Shown in pieces: positions 56,193 to 64,000 of a stretch of DNA of 64,000 bases. The position numbers and the translations under genes were made by a program. The number at the start of each line of letters is the position of its first letter. The first letter of the stretch is position 1. The notes beneath the pieces were generated by a model that saw nothing but the letters and a program-made list of their open reading frames with translations, searched no databases and was not told the origin of the DNA. The stretch is from a virus (taxonomy: Duplodnaviria; Caudoviricetes), in IMG/VR virus record IMGVR_UViG_3300020049_011034, positions 416 to 64,415 of that record; one strand, 5' to 3'.

Positions 56193-56930
56193 ATGACAGT
56201 AACGGGTAAAGAATTGGCCGAGCGTTTGGGGATGCATCCAACCTCGATTCAAAAAGCCGGAATCGGCTTGGCCGACGAATTGGATAGCGATACGCTGATT
56301 CAATTCCTGGCTGGTCGGCGCAAGGCAGCTGGAGCGTGGCGGATTGAAAAAGCCGCGGTCGCCGACGCATGGTACTGCGAACTTACCGGTGCTACGCCTT
56401 CGATCAACGGGGCTTCTGAAATTATACCGACTCTGCCACCTACTGTGCGGCCACAGCGCTCATCGCCTCCCGCCATACTCCCAACACCCTCGAAAGAAGA
56501 GAACGCGGCTCCTGACGCAAATTTGAGGCCCGTCACCAAAGTACATTTCTTGAAATCAGAAGGCTTCATGGTTGCCATGTTGGTACTGGCAATCCTTGCT
56601 CAAGTTCTGCACACGGCCACATTTTTCTATTTCGTCACGCCGATACCGGTTGATATGATTCGATTCGTTGCTGCGGTAGTAGTTGGATTGGCAGTTGATT
56701 CAGCGGCTCTCGTAAAAACGATTCAAAGCGGGCGCCGAATCTACCTCATAGTTTTTGCCATTGTCCACTTTGGAATCAACATGTCTGCGCATTTTCGATT
56801 CGCCAGCAGATTCGAAGAGTTGGACACCGCAGGGTTTCAATTCTGGGTTGATTCATTCATACTTTCATTCGCCGTGGCGTATGCGGTATTTTGCTACGCT
56901 GAGGCTTTTGCGATTCAAAAGGAAAAGTGA
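56193..56930 (+). CDS. N-terminal HTH fused to a multi-pass membrane domain
   Basis: VTGKELAERLGMHPTSIQKA; about four hydrophobic helices in the C-terminal half. Confidence 0.55.
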   Translation: MTVTGKELAERLGMHPTSIQKAGIGLADELDSDTLIQFLAGRRKAAGAWRIEKAAVADAWYCELTGATPSINGASEIIPTLPPTVRPQRSSPPAILPTPSKEENAAPDANLRPVTKVHFLKSEGFMVAMLVLAILAQVLHTATFFYFVTPIPVDMIRFVAAVVVGLAVDSAALVKTIQSGRRIYLIVFAIVHFGINMSAHFRFASRFEELDTAGFQFWVDSFILSFAVAYAVFCYAEAFAIQKEK

Positions 56931-57526
56931 TAACGATGATTCGAGAATTGAAACAACAGGCCCTTGATATTGGAGGTGCGATTCGGGATGTGTTTATTGG
57001 TAAATCGCTCGATCCAAAACGATTTGCTGAAAAGCCACCGAAATGGTGGCACAAAAAGAACGAACGCCCGGAGGCAGAGCCGCCCAAAAAGAAAGAAAGA
57101 AAGGCGCCGACAGATAGCATCGCTGATTCGGCGATGTGGGCAGAGATAATGCAAATGAGCGATGAGGAATGGGTAGTAAAATATGGCGCATTTTCGGCAA
57201 TCCGGTGGAACGAGAAATACAGGGCGTTACAAAATCAACGCTTTTCAAGTCGGGAAGAAATGCTCGACTGGCTTGAAAGCGAAAAAAACGACCCCAGGCA
57301 TGTGTCTGAAATTGATTTTGATGCAGAGGCGCAAAGTGAGTTGACGCGCAGGGAATGCGGCGAACTGCTGGCCTATGTTCCGCGCCTTGATGACTTTGAA
57401 TTGGCGGCCAAGGTGAAGAGGATGAAGGCGCAAGGATTGTCTCTCAAGGCAATATCAGAGCGCACTTTGAAGCCTTATCAAACCATTAAGCACTACTCTT
57501 CTGCGCTTGGAAAGGCGCAGGAATAA
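56927..57526 (+). CDS. hypothetical protein with C-terminal HTH-like segment
   Basis: MKAQGLSLKAISERTLKPYQTIKHY. Confidence 0.5.
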   Translation: MITMIRELKQQALDIGGAIRDVFIGKSLDPKRFAEKPPKWWHKKNERPEAEPPKKKERKAPTDSIADSAMWAEIMQMSDEEWVVKYGAFSAIRWNEKYRALQNQRFSSREEMLDWLESEKNDPRHVSEIDFDAEAQSELTRRECGELLAYVPRLDDFELAAKVKRMKAQGLSLKAISERTLKPYQTIKHYSSALGKAQE

Positions 57527-57616
57527 CTACCGGGTTCAAATAGTTCAGTTCATTGGTTCTCAAACTGATTATCAACGGTTTAAAAAGAACCACAATGGTT
57601 CAAAAACGGTTCAAAA

Positions 57617-58072
57617 ATGCCAGATTCAACTACTATCATTCTGATTTTGATTGCACTTGCCGCTGGATTTGCAATCGCCAATTATTTCAACCGTCAGGAT
57701 GGGTTGACCAAGACGGCTATGTTCTGGGCAAACTACCAGGAACCTTTGATCTACCGGCAACGGGACATCAATGACCGAGACGCCACCATCGCTGCGTATG
57801 ACAATGCGGTTGCCAAACTGAAAGAGCACGGAAATCAACACATAAAATCCGAGCACGTCATGTTATGGATATATGGCGCCGAGGAAGAAAAGATGAACGT
57901 GGACTTTGCCGAGTGGTCGTTTCAGGCGATTGCCCTGGAGCAGAGGATCAGAGAAGAATTCAGAAAGGAAAAGATACGACAGGCCCGGGCTGCAGGAAAC
58001 CAGGCTGACGCGGCCAAACAATTTGCAGGCTACCAAAATGAGGATTTCAATGACATACCGAGACGAAACTGA
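57617..58072 (+). CDS. membrane-anchored coiled-coil protein
   Basis: N-terminal hydrophobic helix IIILILIALAAGFAIA. Confidence 0.6.
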   Translation: MPDSTTIILILIALAAGFAIANYFNRQDGLTKTAMFWANYQEPLIYRQRDINDRDATIAAYDNAVAKLKEHGNQHIKSEHVMLWIYGAEEEKMNVDFAEWSFQAIALEQRIREEFRKEKIRQARAAGNQADAAKQFAGYQNEDFNDIPRRN

Positions 58073-58586
58073 GGCTATAGCCGCCTTTGTGCGGCGATAC
58101 AAAGAAATGCCAGATGCAGAGCGTCAATACGCTCTGCATAAAACAGAGTGTTTATCCGTCTGGCAAGGAACGACATCTCATGTTCGAAAATTCAACGCCA
58201 AATTGCACACCGCTCTGAGTACAGCAGAACGCGACATACAACTGGCTCAAAAGGCTGAGGCACATTCCTCAGTGCAACCGGTAACTGTGCCTACATTTAT
58301 TGAGGTAGCCAAGGGGTTTCGGCCAATAGTTTATTTTGTGGTATGCCTGGGAGGTGTGTCATGGCTTGCTGTGGCCATAGTGTCATTTTTGAAAGGCACG
58401 GCTATGGCTGTTACCGCATGGGCAACTACTTATGGAGGATGGATTTTTGGCGGGGTTCTTGGAACAATTCTGTTGCTCGAACTACCGAAAATCAAATTGC
58501 GCAGGGAGGAGCCAACCACGACTGAAAAATTTGAACAAGAGACTTTTTGGCAAAAAACGTCCTATGAAAAAACAACCAATGGATAA
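58050..58586 (+). CDS. membrane protein
   Basis: Two hydrophobic helices in the C-terminal half. Confidence 0.55.
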   Translation: MTYRDETEAIAAFVRRYKEMPDAERQYALHKTECLSVWQGTTSHVRKFNAKLHTALSTAERDIQLAQKAEAHSSVQPVTVPTFIEVAKGFRPIVYFVVCLGGVSWLAVAIVSFLKGTAMAVTAWATTYGGWIFGGVLGTILLLELPKIKLRREEPTTTEKFEQETFWQKTSYEKTTNG

Positions 58587-58800
58587 ACTTAAAAACGCAC
58601 TGAGCATCACTGCCGCGCTGTCGCTGCCGTTCATCGGCCTTTTTAATCTTCTCGAAATCTGGTCATACTGGCCGGACGAGTTCACGTGGACTGATATTTT
58701 TTCAAAAGCGAAGTACACGCTCATAACCCTGTTTCTTGTATCGCTCATAATGGGCCTGCTTATCCAGGCGGCTGAAAGGGCGCAAAATGTCGAACAGTGA
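58564..58800 (+). CDS. small two-transmembrane protein (holin candidate)
   Basis: Two hydrophobic helices; close to the endolysin gene. Confidence 0.5.
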   Translation: MKKQPMDKLKNALSITAALSLPFIGLFNLLEIWSYWPDEFTWTDIFSKAKYTLITLFLVSLIMGLLIQAAERAQNVEQ

Positions 58801-59219
58801 TAGTTTACCTGATGATACACTTCCCGTTCGTGTGGTGGTGGAAGATAGGCTTCGCCCATTACTCGTTTGTCAAGCGCGCCGTTGCGCTGGACAAGGCCGT
58901 ATTCGGCCTGTTTATTCCGGTCGGTGTAGTCATCATCCCTTTTGCATACCCGGTAGAGCAATGGTTTCACCGAACTTTTAAGCCACTGCATTTTCGGTTT
59001 TATCGTGGTGATGGATCCACAGAGACTTATTGGTTTGTAGTTGCTCCATTGGTTTACGCATTCATGTGCTTTGTATGGTTTGCGTATTTTTATCTTGCGG
59101 GCGAGGTTTTTGGATTTGATGGAGCCTATTATTTTGGCTCATTTATGGAGTGGCAATGGTGTTTTGTGTTGGTTTTGTGGGAAACCCTGAAAGACGTTTA
59201 TCAATTTTTAAACCGATGA
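58797..59219 (+). CDS. hydrophobic, aromatic-rich protein
   Basis: ATGA-coupled on both sides. Confidence 0.5.
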   Translation: MIVYLMIHFPFVWWWKIGFAHYSFVKRAVALDKAVFGLFIPVGVVIIPFAYPVEQWFHRTFKPLHFRFYRGDGSTETYWFVVAPLVYAFMCFVWFAYFYLAGEVFGFDGAYYFGSFMEWQWCFVLVLWETLKDVYQFLNR

Positions 59220-59518
59220 CTTGGATATATCTTGGACTTTTTGCAACTGGCTACATCATACGCCACGTGATCGGCATCGCTTTCAAGCGGATATTCCAAA
59301 AGCGCATGCCTGACATTTTTGCCGGCGCTCAATTCGTCATAGAAAAGTCAGAGGTCAAGGAAATACTTGTATCTTTCGACGCCGGCAGGCAATGGTTTAT
59401 CAGAACGCCAACCGGCTGGGCAAAAGTGAATCACGATTTTATACGCAAAACCCTCGACAAAAATGCTACCGATAACCCGGCAAATCATCAGCCACCCCCT
59501 TACCCGACCGTATCTTAA
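59216..59518 (+). CDS. membrane-anchored hypothetical protein
   Basis: MTWIYLGLFATGYIIRHVIGIAF N-terminal helix. Confidence 0.5.
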   Translation: MTWIYLGLFATGYIIRHVIGIAFKRIFQKRMPDIFAGAQFVIEKSEVKEILVSFDAGRQWFIRTPTGWAKVNHDFIRKTLDKNATDNPANHQPPPYPTVS

Positions 59519-60227
59519 AAACCCTGGCAAATACCAGATTAAAGAGGTGCGAGCAATTGTGGCACATTGGACGGCAAATACATCCAAGGGCGCCAATGCT
59601 GTAGCAAACCGCAACTACTTCAACAATGGGTCTCCTGGCCCGGGCGGGAAGTTGCGCCAGGCGTCGGCTCACTACTGCGTTGATGATCGCACTGTAGTGC
59701 AGTGTCTTCCGGATCATGAAGTGGCCTACCATGTCGGAGCCGCGAGGTACAAGGCTGAAGGCTATGACCTGTTCAGGGATCATCCTGCGTTATCTCCCAA
59801 CTACTTTACTGTGGGCTTTGAAATGTGTGTAAATAGCGACGGCGATTGGGACATGACCCGCGCACATAGCGTTGACCTGGCCGCGCATCTGCTGACCAAG
59901 CACGGGCTTGGAATCGAATGCTTGGTACGGCATTACGACATTACGGGCAAGGACTGCCCACAGATGTTCCTTGAAGAAAAGCCCTGGGCGCTTTTTAAAA
60001 GCGATGTGCTGCTGGTCATGACAGCATACCATGTAGAGGGTGCAAAGCCGATGCGCGCCGGCGCAGAGGGGTTGAATGTCAGAAAAGGCCCTGGCGTCGA
60101 GCACCCGGTAAGATACAGTCTTACAGCAAACGAGTTGGTTGTCGCGTTTCCCGGGAAAAAATACGGTGACTGGATTGTGATTGGCGAACAAGAATGGGTA
60201 AACTCGAAATACCTGGTAGAAGCATGA
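59463..60227 (+). CDS. endolysin: N-acetylmuramoyl-L-alanine amidase (Amidase_2) with C-terminal SH3b-like domain
   Basis: IVAHWTA, SAHYCVDD, VAYHVG, GFEMC, RHYDITGKDCP; LNVRKGPGVEHP. Confidence 0.9.
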   Translation: MLPITRQIISHPLTRPYLKNPGKYQIKEVRAIVAHWTANTSKGANAVANRNYFNNGSPGPGGKLRQASAHYCVDDRTVVQCLPDHEVAYHVGAARYKAEGYDLFRDHPALSPNYFTVGFEMCVNSDGDWDMTRAHSVDLAAHLLTKHGLGIECLVRHYDITGKDCPQMFLEEKPWALFKSDVLLVMTAYHVEGAKPMRAGAEGLNVRKGPGVEHPVRYSLTANELVVAFPGKKYGDWIVIGEQEWVNSKYLVEA

Positions 60228-60559
60228 GCAGGTTCACGCCATCGAGGGGCGGTCGCAATAAACCCGCGCCGCTTAACCTTTTTACCATCGCGCCCAGATC
60301 GCTGGAAGATGAGGTATATGATAAGTTTAGAGCGCTGGCGTTCGATCTGATGGCGAAGGGACTGGGTATGTCAGGCCCCCACGTGACAACCTGCGAGGAT
60401 TGGTGGCGCTCCCGATTCCACGATATGCTATACCCGAAAGCCGCCGCCCCGAAAGATCATGCCGACTGGCTATACCGGCACACCGCAGAAACCAACTGGA
60501 AATTGATTTGGCACCGTTTTCAAACAGACATACTCGATGGTAACCGTACTTCCATATGA
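60224..60559 (+). CDS. hypothetical protein
   Basis: ATGA-coupled. Confidence 0.5.
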   Translation: MSRFTPSRGGRNKPAPLNLFTIAPRSLEDEVYDKFRALAFDLMAKGLGMSGPHVTTCEDWWRSRFHDMLYPKAAAPKDHADWLYRHTAETNWKLIWHRFQTDILDGNRTSI

Positions 60560-60968
60560 TGATAACCACGCTGGTACATGCGGCACAACGGCCAACATTG
60601 CCAGGAAAAAACAACGCAACATGCAAGGCAATATCCCGCCCATTGAGGCCGTAGAATGCCCGACGCTCGAAAAGAGCGAGGAGCAAGCGCTTTTCCTCAC
60701 TATTATGAACCAGTGGGCGTTTAAACTGGACGAAGAATATTTGCTTGAAGTTGCCAAGAAAACGCGACAGCAGGCGCACATGTACGACTCCGCAGCGGTA
60801 TTGAACCGTGGATGGAACGAGCATCACGCTAATGTGCTGTCCGCACAGGCTGATGCGCTTGAGCATATCGCTGGGTACATCCGTGCCAACAAAAACGTGT
60901 CCAAATACAAGGAGATGGAGAGAGACCATATTGAGGCAGCCGATCAACTTGCAAAACTGTTTCAATAA
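60537..60968 (+). CDS. hypothetical protein
   Basis: ORF in tandem with neighbours. Confidence 0.55.
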   Translation: MVTVLPYDDNHAGTCGTTANIARKKQRNMQGNIPPIEAVECPTLEKSEEQALFLTIMNQWAFKLDEEYLLEVAKKTRQQAHMYDSAAVLNRGWNEHHANVLSAQADALEHIAGYIRANKNVSKYKEMERDHIEAADQLAKLFQ

Positions 60969-61168
60969 TGGTACGCCCGCGCCGTGTGAAAGGAAAGGCG
61001 CTCAAGCAGCGCGACTGGCACATGCAGCCAAAGAAGTTTCGCCGTGCCAAGCCTATCAAGGTAACCGCTGCGCCCGCCAAAAAAGAATTCGATTGGTGGA
61101 TAGTTGTTTGGATCGTGCTGGCCGGTGCAGCAGTGGCATTATTATCGCTGTGGTTATACAATGTCTAA
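60968..61168 (+). CDS. small single-transmembrane protein
   Basis: Basic N-terminus, C-terminal hydrophobic helix. Confidence 0.55.
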   Translation: MVRPRRVKGKALKQRDWHMQPKKFRRAKPIKVTAAPAKKEFDWWIVVWIVLAGAAVALLSLWLYNV

Positions 61169-61322
61169 ATTAAAGGTCATAGGTGGCCAGAAGGCCGTAG
61201 GCTCTCCCGATCAGGATGATAAGGGAAGTTTGGCAGCATCACTGCGATGTCTGATTACCTTTGCTCTGATTTGCACCGCACTTATTTCCATCCCAGTCAC
61301 AATATACTACCTACTCACATGA
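61161..61322 (+). CDS. small single-transmembrane protein
   Basis: C-terminal hydrophobic helix; ATGA overlap with the next gene. Confidence 0.5.
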   Translation: MSKLKVIGGQKAVGSPDQDDKGSLAASLRCLITFALICTALISIPVTIYYLLT

Positions 61323-61903
61323 AGCATATCGCTACCTTCCTGATGCTCATCGCGCTGGCCTTTACTGCATCCGCGCAAATAACGCTCACCGTCCTTACAT
61401 TGGATGATAAACAAGCCATTACGACATTCCACACCGGCGACCGCTACAATACCGGCATTGGAACCTTCAGTTCGCCTGACACCACATTTGGAGACACGCT
61501 ATACGTCGTCACAAACGGAGAGCCGCCCAGCATCTTCCAGTTGTCGCGCATTGACAAAACACCTACCCAGCCCGAGCGCAAGTACCTGTTTTTGTTCAAG
61601 CGCCAGAAAACGGCGCAGATCGTAAGCGAGATTGCAGGCTACGCATTCCTTGGATTGGGCGCGTACCTGGGCGGCAAGGCGGAGTACTATTCGCGCTACC
61701 ATGGCACAACGAGCAATTGGGATACCTACCACGTGACGAGGGATGCCGGCTTGGTATCCACAGGCCTGGGCTGCACCCTTGTTGGTTTCGGCCTTGGAAC
61801 CGATGACAAACTCGAACCCTGGGAAATCGGCATAAAGGCGTTCGGGATGCTGCTCGGTTATCGCTCCATCGCGGAGGCCACCTACAACAGCATGAAAAAA
61901 TGA
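61319..61903 (+). CDS. exported/membrane protein with signal peptide
   Basis: MKHIATFLMLIALAFTASA-Q (Bacteroidota Q-rule signal). Confidence 0.65.
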   Translation: MKHIATFLMLIALAFTASAQITLTVLTLDDKQAITTFHTGDRYNTGIGTFSSPDTTFGDTLYVVTNGEPPSIFQLSRIDKTPTQPERKYLFLFKRQKTAQIVSEIAGYAFLGLGAYLGGKAEYYSRYHGTTSNWDTYHVTRDAGLVSTGLGCTLVGFGLGTDDKLEPWEIGIKAFGMLLGYRSIAEATYNSMKK

Positions 61904-62049
61904 TGACCGTCGAGCAGTTGCCACCACTTGCCCAGGTATTATTCTGGTCGCTGTTTCTTGCACCATTCGGCGCCGGGTGGCTGGGCGAGCAGTTTGGCCA
62001 GTGGCTTCGCCGGAAATACGAATCCAGAAAAATCAAAAAACGGGCATAG
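61900..62049 (+). CDS. 49-aa membrane peptide
   Basis: ATGA-coupled; hydrophobic core and basic tail. Confidence 0.45.
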   Translation: MMTVEQLPPLAQVLFWSLFLAPFGAGWLGEQFGQWLRRKYESRKIKKRA

Positions 62050-62102
62050 ATTTTGCCCATAATCCATACCTCCCGATTGTTCACAATTTTCTCATAAAGG
62101 TT

Positions 62103-62516
62103 ATGATTCGCAACATCACAACAGTACTCGCGCTGCTTGCAGCACTCTCGTCCTGTACAGGACAGAACCCTGAAACATTCACCGTTCACGCCGAAATCAT
62201 GGGGGCGCCCTCGTTCTACGATGCGCCTGCCCGCGAAATGGAGACTGCGCCCGCAACGGCCCGCAATATCTCCATCGGCACAAAATCCCTGTACGCGTAC
62301 TACGACAATGCCGAATTCATCCTGTCCTACTGCGGAGAAGTATTCATCGAGGCTGGCGGGCAGGACGGCAAAACAGTCCCCGCCGATGTGTACCAGATTG
62401 AACCGGGCGTATGGATAGCCGAAATACCCGGTGGCCAGTATGTCAAGGTATTCACCGAAAGCGGAAATACCAACACCGATTTGGACGGGGAATTCAGGAC
62501 ATACCACAGAAATTAA
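62103..62516 (+). CDS. putative lipoprotein
   Basis: MIRNITTVLALLAALSS-CTGQ lipobox. Confidence 0.6.
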   Translation: MIRNITTVLALLAALSSCTGQNPETFTVHAEIMGAPSFYDAPAREMETAPATARNISIGTKSLYAYYDNAEFILSYCGEVFIEAGGQDGKTVPADVYQIEPGVWIAEIPGGQYVKVFTESGNTNTDLDGEFRTYHRN

Positions 62517-62609
62517 AAAACCGATAATCCACCGCGCCGGGGCTCAATGCAGCAGTCCCGGCGTTTTTGTTTCCAAATACATATCTTTCGCACTCAAACC
62601 AACCCGGCA

Positions 62610-63389
62610 ATGGAAAAAGGATTCAAGGGGCTTTCGCTCCACGTAGGCATCAACAAATACGACCGCGAATACTACGGCGGCAACATTGACCTCAACCAGT
62701 GCGTGTTCGACGCCGAGCGCCTGCATGATTTCGCCGTCGAGCGCGACTACCAGGCCAACCTGATGACCAACAGCAATGCCACAGTAGCCAGGTTCAGGGA
62801 ATTCATCATAAATGCCGCCAAGACGCTCAAGAAGGGCGACTTCTTTTTCCTGACCAATTCCAGCCACGGCACCTACGATGACAATATCGTGAACGGACAG
62901 ACCAAGCGCATGACTGCGATTTGTCTGCATGACGGTATATTTTGGGATTACGAGTTCCGGGAACTGCTCAAGAAGTTCAAAGCCGGCGTCACCGTGATCT
63001 GGCTCAGCGACTGCTGTTTCGCAGAATCCAACTGGCGATTCATGCGCGGTGAAGACCAGCGGCCATACAACGGCGCCCGCGCCCGTTTTGTCCGTGCTCC
63101 ACAGGCTGTGAATGAGGCGAAGGTTACAGCCACGCAGGGCGATAAGCGCAGCATCAAGGCAAAGATGTTTACCTATTCGTCCAGCAACATCTACCAGGTG
63201 TCCTACGAAGATGACCGTGGCGGCGTATTTACCACGTCCGTGCTGGATGCGTTGACAAAGGAACCTAACCTGTCGTATTACCAACTGTGGCGGCGCACAT
63301 CTGAAATTATCGCGCCGCTGTACCCGCAAAGCCCTGTGTTCGAGAACGTGCGGGCATCGCATCTCACCGGCAACCTGTTTTTGGCCTAA
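62610..63389 (+). CDS. caspase-like (peptidase C14/metacaspase) cysteine protease
   Basis: LHVGINKY...LNQCVFDAERL...FFLTNSSHGT (His)...WLSDCC (Cys)...GGVFT...QSP; promoter-like TATCTTTCG at 62582-62590. Confidence 0.85.
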   Translation: MEKGFKGLSLHVGINKYDREYYGGNIDLNQCVFDAERLHDFAVERDYQANLMTNSNATVARFREFIINAAKTLKKGDFFFLTNSSHGTYDDNIVNGQTKRMTAICLHDGIFWDYEFRELLKKFKAGVTVIWLSDCCFAESNWRFMRGEDQRPYNGARARFVRAPQAVNEAKVTATQGDKRSIKAKMFTYSSSNIYQVSYEDDRGGVFTTSVLDALTKEPNLSYYQLWRRTSEIIAPLYPQSPVFENVRASHLTGNLFLA

Positions 63390-63445
63390 CTGCGGCTTGT
63401 ACACCTTCGCCTAATCGGCGAGCGGCGTACAAGCCGCAGTTAGGC
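63384..63445. other. attC-like recombination hairpin (site A)
   Basis: GCCTAAC...GTTAGGC, 62 bp; perfect 25-bp arms 63378-63402/63427-63451; caspase stop TAA inside the R'' box. Confidence 0.6.
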
Positions 63446-63460
63446 CAAAAAAATGATTCT

Positions 63461-63706
63461 ATGGAAATTGTAAACATTGTAATTGCCGACATCAACCAGA
63501 TAAAGGAGAATATTCTCCGCGATCTGATTGAGAAAATAGAAGGCCGCCCGGCTGAGTTAGCCGATGCAAAAAACCTTGCTCTGATAACCTATCCGCATAA
63601 CTTCCTAAAGGATAGGCAAAGGGTTGTATATCTTGATATTGAACTTGGAGACCTTGAGGTAGACATGATCGAGATGGTTGTCAAGTTTATTCCTATTGTC
63701 GAATAA
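63461..63706 (+). CDS. 81-aa hypothetical protein, cassette-like
   Basis: AT-rich single ORF bounded by attC-like sites A and B. Confidence 0.6.
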   Translation: MEIVNIVIADINQIKENILRDLIEKIEGRPAELADAKNLALITYPHNFLKDRQRVVYLDIELGDLEVDMIEMVVKFIPIVE

Positions 63707-63764
63707 CTGGTGCTTTCCCGCTTTTGACCGCTTAGGGAATATTGGCGGGAAAGCGGGGTTATGC
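63701..63764. other. attC-like recombination hairpin (site B)
   Basis: GAATAAC-TGGT-GCTTTCCCGC...GCGGGAAAGC-GGG-GTTATGC, 64 bp; ORF stop TAA inside TAAC. Confidence 0.55.
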
Positions 63765-63792
63765 GGATTATATCACATTAAATTTTCTAAAA

Positions 63793-64000
63793 ATGGAAGA
63801 CAACGTAAAAAGGATTGCAGGCGAAATAGCCAGCCTAAAAAAAACCATAATCGCCAGAGAAAAGGTGCTGGCAAAACTTCTTAAAGAAAGCGGCGAGCCT
63901 CTGCGCCAAGAAAAACTAAAATCTACTGACCTCGCCCCCTTTTTAGAGGGTGACATAAAAGTAAAATTCGGAAGAGGACAAGATGAATATATCGGACAAT
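63793..64000 (+). CDS. hypothetical protein, 3'-truncated, cassette-like
   Basis: MEDNVKRIAGEIASLKK...; open to the window end; AT-rich. Confidence 0.5.
   Translation, partial: MEDNVKRIAGEIASLKKTIIAREKVLAKLLKESGEPLRQEKLKSTDLAPFLEGDIKVKFGRGQDEYIGQ

Noticed and set aside
57520-57552. Fourth attC-like site after 56927..57526 (stop in GAATAAC)
   Set aside because: No matching GTTA end or 60-bp stem follows; only short GGTTC repeats.
1-64000. Integrase, tRNA or rRNA genes
   Set aside because: No tyrosine or serine recombinase motifs and no cloverleaf or rRNA-like sequence recognised by eye; a tRNAscan run would be needed to exclude tRNAs fully.

Overview
Most of the genome of a tailed (long-tail, siphovirus-like) dsDNA phage, almost certainly infecting a Bacteroidota host. 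Host evidence: TAnnTTTG -7 promoter boxes, A/CAA-rich start contexts without Shine-Dalgarno sequences, and Q-rule signal peptides. Nearly all genes are on the + strand. Layout: end of a DNA methyltransferase gene; packaging genes (TerS, TerL); promoter-bearing morons; tail genes (chaperone with a -1 frameshift, neck, baseplate-like genes, tape measure); head genes (Clp protease, major capsid, portal); two tail-tube paralogues, fibre genes and a holin; an early recombination/replication region (ERF, exonucleases, helicase, initiator with internal iterons, ParB); a methyltransferase/PAPS-reductase-like/ParB cluster followed by a second TerS-like gene; a divergent switch-like region; a membrane-protein island with the endolysin; and a caspase-like protease gene. 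No integrase, tRNA, CRISPR array or reverse transcriptase was seen. Most notable: (1) three 62-64 bp attC-like hairpins (TAAC...GTTA), each containing the stop codon of the upstream gene, which suggests an integron-like cassette array on a phage that shows no integrase in this window; (2) two TerS-like genes sharing a C-terminal tail and 26 identical bp; (3) a fibre-like protein with a classic signal peptide. All protein family calls come from motif recognition by eye; no database search was run.
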